Positions 17,528 to 27,800 of a DNA stretch of 64,000 nt are shown one piece after another. The translations under genes and the position numbers were made by a program. Every line of letters begins with the position of its first letter. Position 1 is the stretch's first letter. A model generated the notes under the pieces. It saw only the letters and a list, made by a program, of their open reading frames with translations, did no database searches and was not told the origin of the DNA. Source of the stretch: Nanobdellota archaeon (GTDB lineage: Archaea > Nanobdellota > Nanobdellia > JAAOXT01); NCBI GenBank assembly GCA_018221045.1, contig JAAOXT010000001.1, positions 603 through 64,602 of the forward strand, read 5' to 3'.

Positions 17528-20500
17528 ATGTCAATTGAAAGAATACAAAAAAGAGATGGAAGAATCGCAAACTTTGAGCCAAATAAAATAACCGACGTCA
17601 TTTTCAAGGCTGCCGTGGCTGTTGGAGGAAGCGACAGAAAACTTTCCGAAGAGCTTTCAAAAAAAGTGATCAAACTGCTGGAAGAAACGTTCCCCAACGG
17701 GGAAATCCCTTGCGTCGAGGACGTGCAGGACGCTGTTGAAAAAATTCTCATTAAAAATGGTCACGCCAAAACATCCAAAGCCTACATTCTTTACAGGGAT
17801 AGGCGGGCAAGAGTTAGGGACTCGCAGAACCTTTTAATCAACATCAAGGAATTGACGGACGGGTACTTGTCGCAAGCAGACTGGAGAGTCAGGGAAAACG
17901 GAAACATGACTTATTCTTTATCAGGTCTGATGATGCACGTAACCGGAGCGGTGCTGGCTAACTACACGTTATCAAACGTTTACCCTCCTGAAATCTCTGA
18001 AGCTCACAGAAAGGGAGATATTCACATGCACGACCTTGGCATGGGCATCAGTGGTTATTGTGCAGGGTGGAGCCTGAGACAATTACTGATGGAAGGTTTC
18101 AACGGGGTTCCTGGAAAAATAGATTCCACTCCTCCAAAGCACTTGGACTCCGCGTTATGGCAGATGATAAACTTCATCGGAACTCTTCAAAACGAGTGGG
18201 CAGGAGCCCAAGCCTTCAGCTCTTTCGACACTTTCCTAGCCCCGTTCATCAAAACAGATAAGCTAGACTATGACAAAGTAAAGCAAGCGGTTCAAGGATT
18301 CATATTTAACATGAACGTTCCCAGCAGGTGGGGCGGGCAGTGCGTCAGCGAAGACACTGAATGTCTTACGAACAATGGATGGAAATTCTACAAAGAAATA
18401 AGTTCAAAAGATAAGATTGCAACGTTCAACGTTAAAACCAAAAAAATAGAATACTTGAAGCAGGAAAGAGTTAAAGAATACGATTATGACGGTTACCTGA
18501 TAAAATTATCAAACAGGACTCAAGAACAATTAGTAACTCCTAATCACAAAGTTGTGAGAAAAGTTTTCAACTCAAACAAGTACGTTCTCGAAGAAGCAGG
18601 AGACTTGCTAAAACTTAAAACAGGGGTCATGATTCCTAACTCTGCTTCAACAAGCTCAAAAGAAGAAGTGAAAGACTATTTGATTGAACTCATTGCTTGG
18701 CTAGTAAGTGAAGGAACTTTCAGCGAAGACCGGAAAAGAGTGTCATTATTCCAGAGCGAAAAAAACAAGAGCAAAGTGGAAAAGATAAGAAAATGTTTGC
18801 GCGAAAATGGCTTTAAATGGGATGAAACAAAACGAATCCACGGATTCGGAAATAATTACACTATAAGGTTCAGGTTTAATCAGGAAAGCTCAAGAAAAGT
18901 GCGAAGAACGCTGAATTCAAAACAAGTGCCTGAATTCGTCAAAAAATTGTCGAAAAGACAGATAAAACTTTTCATAGACACTTATGTTCTGGGCGACGGG
19001 CACGTGGAAAAAAACGGGAGGACAAGGATTTACACCAAGGATGATGGTGTGTTGAACTCTCTTCAGGAACTGTGCTCGCTCTGCGAATACGGGACAACAG
19101 TTTACCAAAGAGAAAACGGGGTTTACACGATAAACCTAATAAGAAACAAAGATACTCTGGTAAAATTATCCAAAGTAAAATATAAAGGAAAAGTGTGGTG
19201 CCCGACCACAAAAAACGGGACTTTTGTGGCAAGAAGAAAAGGAAACGTTTTCATAACAGGAAACACGCCCTTTAGTAATCTTACTTTTGACTGGATGGTT
19301 CCTGAAGACTTGAAAAACGCGAAAGCCATTGTCGGAGGCAAAGAAATGGACTTCAATTACGGGGACTGCCAGAAAGAAATGGACATGATTAACAAAGCGT
19401 TTCTGGAAGTTATGATGAAAGGAGACGCTAGCGGGAGAATATTCACTTTCCCAATACCGACTTACAACATAACTAAAGATTTTGACTGGGAGAGCGAGAA
19501 CGCAAAAATACTTTTTGACATGACAGCGAGATACGGGATACCCTACTTTCAGAACTTCATAAACAGTGATTTGAACCCGTCAGACATTAGGAGCATGTGT
19601 TGCAGGCTTCAAATGGACATGAGAGAACTCAGGAAGAGAGGAAACGGCTTGTTCGGCGCTGCAGAAATGACTGGATCCATAGGAGTTATCACGCTGAACA
19701 TGGCAAGAATAGGTTACTTATCAAAAAACAAAGAAGATTTTTTGTTCAGAGTTGAAAAACAGATGACAATCGCGAAAAACTCGCTTGAAATAAAAAGAAA
19801 AGTTGTTGAGAAAAACATGGAAGGCGGGCTCATGCCTTTTTCAAAAAGATACTTGGGAACCCTAAAAAACCATTTTTCAACCATAGGCCTCAACGGGATG
19901 AACGAAGCAATGCTTAACTTCATGGGAAAAGACCTGTCAAATCCGGAAGCAATAAACTTCACAAAAGATGTTCTGGAATTCATGAGGAATAAGATAAAAG
20001 AGATTCAGGAAGAAACAGGCCACATGTATAATTTGGAGGCCACTCCCGCAGAAGGTGTTAGTTACAGGTTCGCCAAAAAAGACGTTGGATTGTTCCCAGA
20101 CATAATCGTGGCAAACCCTGAAGAGTTCAAAAAAGGGGCTGAGCCGTACTACACTAACTCAACAACGCTGCCCGTTGATTTAACTGACGACCTATTCCAA
20201 GCCTTGGAGTTGCAGGACGATTTGCAAACCCTTTACACGGGCGGAACAGTGTTCCACGCCTTCTTGAAAGAAAACCTTAACAGCGGAGAAACCTGCAAAA
20301 AACTTGTTCGAAAAGTGGCCGAGTCTTTCAAAATGCCTTACTTCACCGTAACCCCAACTTTCAGCATATGCCCCGTGCACGGGTACCTAAAAGGAAGGGT
20401 TTGGAACTGCCCGCACGAGCACACCGAAGCACAAATTGAAAAATGGGGGGCGAAAAGAGAGAAAGAAACAGTGATTCCTTGCGAGGTTTTCAGCAGGGTG

Positions 20501-20605
20501 GTCGGGTATTTCAGGCCAGTCCAGCAGTGGAACGACGGCAAACAGTCAGAGTTCATGAAAAGAAAAGAGTTCAGCAACGAAAAACTGTTAGAAAAAGCGA
20601 AATGA
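17528..20605 (+). CDS. nrdD: Anaerobic ribonucleoside-triphosphate reductase (class III), interrupted by an intein
   Basis: It has an N-terminal ATP-cone, the SMCCRLQMD thiyl-Cys loop, C-terminal Cys/His metal ligands and the glycyl-radical motif SRVVGYFRPV. A 308-aa insertion lies between RWGGQ and TPFSNLTF. Confidence 0.93.
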   Translation: MSIERIQKRDGRIANFEPNKITDVIFKAAVAVGGSDRKLSEELSKKVIKLLEETFPNGEIPCVEDVQDAVEKILIKNGHAKTSKAYILYRDRRARVRDSQNLLINIKELTDGYLSQADWRVRENGNMTYSLSGLMMHVTGAVLANYTLSNVYPPEISEAHRKGDIHMHDLGMGISGYCAGWSLRQLLMEGFNGVPGKIDSTPPKHLDSALWQMINFIGTLQNEWAGAQAFSSFDTFLAPFIKTDKLDYDKVKQAVQGFIFNMNVPSRWGGQCVSEDTECLTNNGWKFYKEISSKDKIATFNVKTKKIEYLKQERVKEYDYDGYLIKLSNRTQEQLVTPNHKVVRKVFNSNKYVLEEAGDLLKLKTGVMIPNSASTSSKEEVKDYLIELIAWLVSEGTFSEDRKRVSLFQSEKNKSKVEKIRKCLRENGFKWDETKRIHGFGNNYTIRFRFNQESSRKVRRTLNSKQVPEFVKKLSKRQIKLFIDTYVLGDGHVEKNGRTRIYTKDDGVLNSLQELCSLCEYGTTVYQRENGVYTINLIRNKDTLVKLSKVKYKGKVWCPTTKNGTFVARRKGNVFITGNTPFSNLTFDWMVPEDLKNAKAIVGGKEMDFNYGDCQKEMDMINKAFLEVMMKGDASGRIFTFPIPTYNITKDFDWESENAKILFDMTARYGIPYFQNFINSDLNPSDIRSMCCRLQMDMRELRKRGNGLFGAAEMTGSIGVITLNMARIGYLSKNKEDFLFRVEKQMTIAKNSLEIKRKVVEKNMEGGLMPFSKRYLGTLKNHFSTIGLNGMNEAMLNFMGKDLSNPEAINFTKDVLEFMRNKIKEIQEETGHMYNLEATPAEGVSYRFAKKDVGLFPDIIVANPEEFKKGAEPYYTNSTTLPVDLTDDLFQALELQDDLQTLYTGGTVFHAFLKENLNSGETCKKLVRKVAESFKMPYFTVTPTFSICPVHGYLKGRVWNCPHEHTEAQIEKWGAKREKETVIPCEVFSRVVGYFRPVQQWNDGKQSEFMKRKEFSNEKLLEKAK
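18341..19264 (+). mobile_element. Intein with LAGLIDADG homing endonuclease domain inside nrdD (aa 272-579)
   Basis: It starts with Cys (CVSEDTECLT), has block B TPNH, and has two LAGLIDADG-like motifs (LIELIAWLVSEGTF and LFIDTYVLGDGHV). It ends ...VFITGN, followed by extein +1 Thr. The flanks rejoin into the conserved segment GGQ|TPF. Confidence 0.85.
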
Positions 20606-21285
20606 ACATTGCAGGAATCATCAAGAACTCTTTTATAGATTTTCCCGGAGAGATAAGCGCAGTGGTCTTCACTCAGGGGTGCAACATGTCATGCCCTTAC
20701 TGCCACAACCCCGAGTTAAACCCTATCAAGAAAGGAAGCGTTTCAGAAAAAGAAGTTCTTGAATTTCTTAGGAACAGGAAGAAATACTTGTCAGGAGTCG
20801 TGCTGACAGGAGGGGAGCCGACACTACAAAAAAACTTGATTCCTTTTCTTAAAAAAATAAAAAGTCTTGGTTTCAAAGTAAAACTTGACACCAACGGAAC
20901 CAACCCCAGAATCCTAAAAAAAATATTAAAAGAAAAGGTTTTGGACTACTTAGCCATGGACGTGAAAACCTGCTTTGACAAGTATCATTTGTCCGGAGCG
21001 AATCGCGTGGAAAACATAAAAAAATCTATGCAAATCATAAAGGACTCCGGACTCAAGTATGAATTCAGAACAACCTTCGTCCCAGGGATTGTTTCAGCAG
21101 AAGACGTACCAAAAATGTGTGAAATGATTAAAGGAACCGAAAAGTACGTTATGCAACAGTTCGAGCCCAATAAGACGCTGAATCAGGAGTTCAGCAAAGT
21201 CAAACCCTATCCTAAAAAAGTTTTAGACGAGTTTAAAAAAGTGTTTGAAAATCATGCTGATGAAGTGCTTCTGATCGGTTTTTAA
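20602..21285 (+). CDS. nrdG: Anaerobic RNR activating protein (radical SAM)
   Basis: It carries the CNMSCPYCHN radical-SAM cluster motif. I placed the start at MNIAGIIK (ATG at 20602), which overlaps the nrdD stop as ATGA. The longer track ORF starting at 20443 lies inside nrdD. Confidence 0.9.
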   Translation: MNIAGIIKNSFIDFPGEISAVVFTQGCNMSCPYCHNPELNPIKKGSVSEKEVLEFLRNRKKYLSGVVLTGGEPTLQKNLIPFLKKIKSLGFKVKLDTNGTNPRILKKILKEKVLDYLAMDVKTCFDKYHLSGANRVENIKKSMQIIKDSGLKYEFRTTFVPGIVSAEDVPKMCEMIKGTEKYVMQQFEPNKTLNQEFSKVKPYPKKVLDEFKKVFENHADEVLLIGF

Positions 21286-21541
21286 TCCACGAAACCGCTT
21301 GTCTCCGTGTGCATCGTCTTATCGCAATCAGGGTTCCTGCATCTATACGAGACCCCAAAACCTCCAATAAAAAGTTTAGGGAAAAAGTCGTCCGAGTTTT
21401 CATAACCTCCAAAACCGCTTATGATAGGGTGACCCAAAGTAACTTTTTTGCATAATTTAGTTAGATTGGACGAAAACGTTTTAGATCAGGTGAGAGAAAA
21501 ACTTGAATACTGGTTTGGCGAGACGTTAAGAATACAATTGC

Positions 21542-24421
21542 TCACTTGATTCCTACAACCACTTTTTTGTCTTTTATTTTAACTTCTTTAATCAAATAAT
21601 CGTCGAGTTCTTTATTCTCTGTTAACTCGAAGGTTTTTGCGCCGACAACCCGAATCATGTTTTCGAGCCAAGGGCCTAAAAATTTTTTGAGCTGCTGGTC
21701 GCAAATCACCACGCAATCAATAAATTCCTCTCTCTTCAAACCTTTTTTCTTTCTTAGTTCTTGAACCCTTCTTTGAACTTCTCTAGCGTAACCTTCGCTG
21801 AGCAAAGAGTCATCCATTTTAGGGTTGACGAAATGCTTGTCCCCAAACATTTTTTTCTTCGGTCGCCCAACCAAAATTTTTTTGATGTTTGTCTGAGACT
21901 CCACTAACCCTCGCAGTTCGCCGAGGCTGTGAGGCGCCCACGCCTCCTTTAACGGCCAGCGCTGAGTCACCCCTAATTCCTCCCTGAGCGATAACAGGTT
22001 TGTTATAACTTTTTTGGCAACAACCATTTTCGCTTCCAGTTTTGGGTTGATGAACGAGTTATCAGGTTTTGGTAGTTTTTCGTGGTGCACGCTCAACTCT
22101 TTGAGCCCGAACGGCTTAAAGGATTGATAAGCTTGTTCTGTTATGAAAGGGCAGACCGGCGCCAATAAAGGCAGGAGTTTTTTGAAAACGTGAAGGAGCA
22201 CTTCCAATACTGTTCTTTTTCTCTTATCGTCGCCTAGAGACACGTCATCTCTCACGAATTTTATGTAAGACCTGCTCAAGTCCTCAAGAAAAAAGTTTTG
22301 TAAAAGCACGGGTATTTCGTTTAAACCGTACTTGTCGAGTTTTTTCAAGACTTGTTTGTTGACCGTGTTTATTCTTGAGAGTATCCATTTGTCAGCCACG
22401 CTTAATTCTTTTTGGTTCAGTTTTCCTTTCGGAGCGCAGCCAGTGAACTCCACGTAACGGTTGACGTATTCTACCAGGTTCCAAAGAACGTTCAGGCTCC
22501 TGTACGTTTCTTTCATTTTGGTTTCGTCGAACTTTATGTCAATTCCTGGAGAACTCCCGCCAAGCATGTACAACCTGAAAATGTCTGCTCCGTATTTTTG
22601 GAGGGTTTCCTTTATTGGCAGGTAGTTTTGCTTGCGTTTACTGAGAAAATCTCCTTTCATATCTGTCATGAACCCGTGCAGGTATACGGTGTCGTAAAGG
22701 TTTTTTCCAAAAGTGACCAGGCTCATAGCCATTAATCCGTAGAACCATCCTCTGAACTGGTCTTTAGATTCTGTTAAAAAGTCTATTTTTGAGAGCTCTT
22801 CTTCGAACAATTTTTTGTTTTTGAACGGATAACCGAGTGACGCGAAAGGCGTGCAGGAAGAATCTATCCACACGTCAATGATGTCAGAATGCCTTTTGAA
22901 AGTTCCTCCGCAAGAACACGCCCACTTGATTTTATCGACAACGTCTTTATGCAGGTCTTTCGGCTTTTTTCCCGATTTTTTTTGGAGTTCTTTCACGCTT
23001 CCAATGAACTCTTTTTTTTCGCATTTATTGCAAATCCATAAGGGGAATGGCGTGCCCCAAAATCTTTGCCTGGTCACCCCCCAATCTTTTACGCATTGCA
23101 ACCAGTTTTTGAAGGATTTTGACCCAGCCCATTCTGGAATCCAGTTGACTTTTTTGTTGGCTTTGAGCATTTGGTTTTTGAACTTGGTTACTTTCAAGAA
23201 CCATTGGTCCGTCACCCTGAACAGCACGGGGGATTTGCATCTCTCGCAGTGAGGATAAGAGTGCTCTATTTGTGTTTGCAGGATGAGAATTCCTTTTTGT
23301 TCAAGCATTTCAACTATTTTTTTGTCGTCAAATCTTGCTTTCATGCCCGCAAAAACGCCGGCTTCTTCAGTGAAAAAACCTGATTCGTTCACAGGGTTGA
23401 ACGCTGGAATCCCGTGCTTAACCCCCATCTCGTGGTCTTCTGGACCGCAGCCTGGCGCGCAGTGAACCAGGCCGGTTCCCGCGCTTAAGTCAACGTACTT
23501 GTCAGATAGTATTACTTTATGAATCCATTTTCCTTTGAACTCTTTTTGAGCGGGGATTTCTTTCAGGAAAGCGTGCTCGTAAGCCAAACCTTCCAAGTCT
23601 TTTCCTTTAATTTTTTCGATTATTTTGTAGTTTTTTCCTACGAGTCCGAGGACAGCGTTAACCAGGCCCTGAGCGAGTATCCAGACTTCTCCGTCAACTC
23701 TTATTCGAACATAATCTAATTTAGGGTTAACCATGACTGCCATGTTTGAAGGAAGGGTCCACGGGGTCGTGGTCCACACGACAAGGTATTCGTTATTTTC
23801 CTTTACTTTGAATTTTACGAAGACACTGTTTTCTTTAACGTCTTTGTGCACTACTTCGTAGTTCCCTGCCAAGGCCGTGCCGCAGCGAGGGCACCACGTG
23901 AGAACTTTGGTTCCTTCATAAAGTAAACCTTTATTGTAAGCTTTTTTCAGCGCCCACCACATGCTTTCCATAAAAGACGGGTTGACTGCCATGTATATAT
24001 TGTCCCATTCAGCCCATTCCCCGAGCCTGTAGAAAACGTCAGCCATTTCCGCAGACTCTTTTTTCACAAATTCTTTGCATTCTTTTATGAACTTGTCAGT
24101 TCCGAAAGCCTCTATTTCACCTTTGTTTCGAAGCCCGAGCTTCTTCTCCATAGTCACCTCGATGGGCAGCCCGTGAGTATCGAACCCTGGCTGGTCCCAA
24201 ACGTTAAATCCTTGCATTCTTTTCATCCTGCGGACAAAATCTTTAACGCAACGGTTCCAGGCTGTGTGGGGTCCGGAGTCGCCTGTAGTGTACGGCGGGC
24301 CATCGTGAAGAACGAATCTCTTGTTCTTAGAGTTCTTTTTCTTAAGCTTCTCGTAAACCTTGTTATTCTTCCAGAAATTTATCACTTCAGGTTCTAACTC
24401 GGTTGGAACATATTTACTCAT
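21542..24421 (-). CDS. ileS: Isoleucyl-tRNA synthetase with atypical class-I signature motifs
   Basis: IleRS-type features are the CP1 editing peptide WTTTPWTLPSN, WCPRCGTAL, and the N-terminal DGPPY...TAWNR...PGFDTHGLPIE. SGPH occupies the HIGH position and FLSKR occupies the KMSKS position. Confidence 0.85.
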   Translation of the reverse strand: MSKYVPTELEPEVINFWKNNKVYEKLKKKNSKNKRFVLHDGPPYTTGDSGPHTAWNRCVKDFVRRMKRMQGFNVWDQPGFDTHGLPIEVTMEKKLGLRNKGEIEAFGTDKFIKECKEFVKKESAEMADVFYRLGEWAEWDNIYMAVNPSFMESMWWALKKAYNKGLLYEGTKVLTWCPRCGTALAGNYEVVHKDVKENSVFVKFKVKENNEYLVVWTTTPWTLPSNMAVMVNPKLDYVRIRVDGEVWILAQGLVNAVLGLVGKNYKIIEKIKGKDLEGLAYEHAFLKEIPAQKEFKGKWIHKVILSDKYVDLSAGTGLVHCAPGCGPEDHEMGVKHGIPAFNPVNESGFFTEEAGVFAGMKARFDDKKIVEMLEQKGILILQTQIEHSYPHCERCKSPVLFRVTDQWFLKVTKFKNQMLKANKKVNWIPEWAGSKSFKNWLQCVKDWGVTRQRFWGTPFPLWICNKCEKKEFIGSVKELQKKSGKKPKDLHKDVVDKIKWACSCGGTFKRHSDIIDVWIDSSCTPFASLGYPFKNKKLFEEELSKIDFLTESKDQFRGWFYGLMAMSLVTFGKNLYDTVYLHGFMTDMKGDFLSKRKQNYLPIKETLQKYGADIFRLYMLGGSSPGIDIKFDETKMKETYRSLNVLWNLVEYVNRYVEFTGCAPKGKLNQKELSVADKWILSRINTVNKQVLKKLDKYGLNEIPVLLQNFFLEDLSRSYIKFVRDDVSLGDDKRKRTVLEVLLHVFKKLLPLLAPVCPFITEQAYQSFKPFGLKELSVHHEKLPKPDNSFINPKLEAKMVVAKKVITNLLSLREELGVTQRWPLKEAWAPHSLGELRGLVESQTNIKKILVGRPKKKMFGDKHFVNPKMDDSLLSEGYAREVQRRVQELRKKKGLKREEFIDCVVICDQQLKKFLGPWLENMIRVVGAKTFELTENKELDDYLIKEVKIKDKKVVVGIK

Positions 24422-24488
24422 GATGAATAACCCCCAGAAACCCGTATTTAAAAACTTTAAGAAAATTAAGTGAATTACTAGAAACGAA

Positions 24489-24845
24489 ATGATTCTAGTC
24501 TATACCAAAACTTATAAAAATTTTCAGCATTTATTCATTACAATGGCAGCAATACGTTATTTATTGGGTTGGCCTATTTCAGCTGAAAAAAGGTTAAAAA
24601 TTAAAGAACTTATGAAAAAACACTTTGAGAATACACGTTATTTTACAGGCAATAAATGTTGTATTTCAGCTGTTGGAGACGTAACTCCTGAAGGAATAGA
24701 CGCTTTACTCATTGACATGAAGGAACAAGATTTGCCTGGTTGGCATTTAGGTATTTCTTTACTCGAACCAGAGGAAGATTTCTTAAGTAAAATTCCAAAA
24801 CCCCATCATGTAACCTTAAGATATGAAACAGATACAAAAAGTTAG
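24489..24845 (+). CDS. Hypothetical protein (118 aa, or about 101 aa from MAAIRY)
   Basis: This is the only sizeable ORF in the ileS/DP2 convergent gap. No family was recognised. Confidence 0.35.
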   Translation: MILVYTKTYKNFQHLFITMAAIRYLLGWPISAEKRLKIKELMKKHFENTRYFTGNKCCISAVGDVTPEGIDALLIDMKEQDLPGWHLGISLLEPEEDFLSKIPKPHHVTLRYETDTKS

Positions 24846-24891
24846 TTGAAATCAACTGCTATTAATTGCATCTTAATGCATAAGCATCTTT

Positions 24892-27800
24892 CTAGCTAAT
24901 GAATTCTGTTAGCCCTGTTTGCTTTTCTATTTCGTAACCAAAGTTTTGTTCAATCCTTTCGTTCAACAGTTCAAGAACTTGCTTTAAGTAATCGTTCATG
25001 TGAAATTCTTTGCCAAGATTCATCGATATATCAACGTATTTTTTAACGCTTCCTTCAGCTATCGTGAAAATTATTTTGCCCCTGCATTTAGAGCATTTGC
25101 CTGACAGGGGTGGCCTGCGAAACTTTTCGTTGCAGCTAACGCACCTGACTTGCTGGGTTGAAAACTTTCTCAGGTTACCTTTAATGTCCCTCAAGAAGTG
25201 TCGCTCAATCACCAGCCTAGCAACGTCGTCAGCGTCAACCGCGCTAATCTTATCCGCCAAATCCATCTGCCCCCTAACCTTATCCCGCATCGTGGCCAAC
25301 GTTTTATAAGCTGAAACCGTTGCGCCCGCGCTCAACGAAGACGTGGGATGAGTGAACCACAAGTTCTTGTATTGTTCTGGCTTTCCAAGTCTTACCGCTA
25401 CTTTGTCAATTTTCACGTCCCAAGGGTAAAGCATTTTTTCAGTCGCCTTATAAAATTCAAGCGGATACTTTTTTACGGTGTCCAACGCGTGTACCTCACT
25501 GTCTATTTCTAACGGGTTTATCATCGTCGTCATCACTAGCGGGGCGTCCATGGTTCTTCCACCCCTTCGATTTGGCAGGTATTGTCTGCTAAAGTTTAGG
25601 AGCGCGTCCATCAGCATTAAAACACAGTCCTCGTCCCCATCACAGTTTCTTCTGGTGGCTGCGTGCATGTAAGGGTGAGCGTAAAAAGCCTGTGAATCAC
25701 TGAAACCAATTATTCTCCCAAGAGTTGCGGCGCTGGTGTGAGGGGCTAGCACGAGCACTAACTGGCCGAGAAGGTCTTCTTCTTTTTTTATCCTGTAAAC
25801 AGGTTTAATCTTGTAAATTTTTTCGAGCTCCTCGTCAACAAAATTGCAAATCTTAGTCAACTCTTCCGCAGCGTTCGATTCAGCGTGATTTTTGCATTTT
25901 GGCAGTATAACATCCTGAGGAAAGAGTTCGAGCAACTGACCTTCATTATCCAAGGGTTTGCCGTAAACATCCTCAGTATACCCCAATTTTTTCAGGTCTT
26001 TAACGCTCGCCGATATTTCGTGAGGGTAAAAATGGGTTACCGGCAGTTCAATCATGTCAAACCTTGAAGTCCCATCTTTATTGACATAAGTCTTATTCTT
26101 CGCCCTCAATATTGATTTCGGCAGTATTTCAGAAATGTGATACTTATTGCTTGTTCCTCTGGGGCCTTTCACTAGTTCAGGCATATCGCATTTCAACCTT
26201 TTCAAAACGTTTTCAGTATAATCTTCAATTCTGATAGGTCTTTTATTGTAATTTAATGTTTCATTGTTGCAGTGAATTTTTTCTTTGGTTAAAACCCCGC
26301 ACCTCATGCAAGTCCTTTGGCGCTCGCAACTCCCCCCGCACTTCTCGCATAAAGAAGTTATGGTCTTGCTTCCGCAGTTATTGCATTTGTAAAACGGGAA
26401 GTCTGTCTCAACAAAACCTTCCTTTATCGCGGCGTTAAGGCTTCTCAACCTCCCACCTTGAACGCCTACAGGGAATAATCCGTGAGGCTTTCCTTTAAGG
26501 GTTCTAAGCTTCGCTTTTTCAGGTCTTCCCATTCGCGACCCAACGTAAATACCTACTTTATCCTTCAACGAGTGCTTGCACAACTGGTTCACTGCATCCA
26601 AACAGTCTTTGCTGTTTTTGAGTATGTCAAGAATGTTTTCTTTTTCTAAACTCCCCAAGTTAAAAAGTATGGAATCTGCTTCATTCCCTTGAATTATTAT
26701 TTGCTCGCCGATTAATTGATGAGGTAGAAACAATTTTTCAAGAATTTCTTTCACTTTCTCGTTGAACTCCCCTTTTATCAGTTCACTTGATTTTTGAGAA
26801 CTTCTCAACCAGGAATAAATCCTTTCCAGTTCGCGCAACGAGATATTATTCCAAAACAAGGTGAACTCTGGGTGTAAAGCAATTCCTAGCCTCTCAGAAA
26901 CAATCTTTGCCTGGTCAATGCCAGGTTTTTCTGTAAAAGGCTTGTCGACCCAGCTCATCAATTCCTCTCTTGTTATGCCAAGCTTGTCAGCTAAGAAAAC
27001 GTCTTCTCCCATGTTCTTTTCCAACAATAAAGCCCACCACTCCCTAACAAACGGGGATGGGACCAGGGCTTGACCGTTTTCAGAGAATTCGCCGTGACTT
27101 ACAAGAATGTCGCCTAAAAACAGGATTTTCTTTATTTTTGGCAGGACTTGGTTGGCTTGCTCAACGGTTTCCACATTAACGACTGACCCGTTTTCTAAAA
27201 GGACGACAGGACCTTTTATTGAATCGCAAGGGGTGAGGGCGGTAGCTTTTCCCGGCCGCTCAATTTTCAGCTGGGTTCCTATGGCCAAGAAGTCTCCAGT
27301 CACTTTCATCGTTGCTGGGTGTATTGAACACGCGGCTAACCCGCTAAGCCTGCTTCTTCCATACCTTAACCTGAAACCTCCTCTTCTCATAGGATAACCG
27401 ATTATGGGTCTTCCGGCAACAGCGTCCTGAATGTATCTCGTGTTAGGAGCGACTCCTTTGTCCGGTCCAGAACCTTTTTTGCTTCCAAGTATTTCCGCTT
27501 GAATTCTTAAGAACTCGTCAAGGAAAAGCCAGTTTTCCAAACCAAAATCTTTTCCCCATTCATGAATTTTTTTCACCACTTTCTTCGCTTTCTGAGCGAT
27601 TCCTTCCGCAATAACAAGGCACATACCTCCTCTAATCATGTTCGTCTCAACCCTTGGCAAATCCTTGTCCTTGGATACTTCAAACTTGGTTGTCGGGTCA
27701 CCAGTTATCTCGACTGGAAGGTTCTTCAAAAGAAAAACTATTTCTTTTCTTGAAGGATGGTACTGCAGTCTTGAAACCCTATCATGATAATCGTTAATCT

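Noticed and set aside
20443-20601. The track ORF for nrdG has a 53-codon N-terminal extension.
   Set aside because: It lies inside the nrdD coding sequence in another frame. The radical-SAM protein family starts close to MNIAGIIK, and that ATG forms an ATGA overlap with the nrdD stop.
24489-24845. The hypothetical protein ends with PHHVTLRYE, which resembles one HxTx motif of 2H phosphoesterases.
   Set aside because: Only a single HxTx motif is present and the protein is too short for the two-lobed 2H fold. It is kept as a hypothetical protein only.
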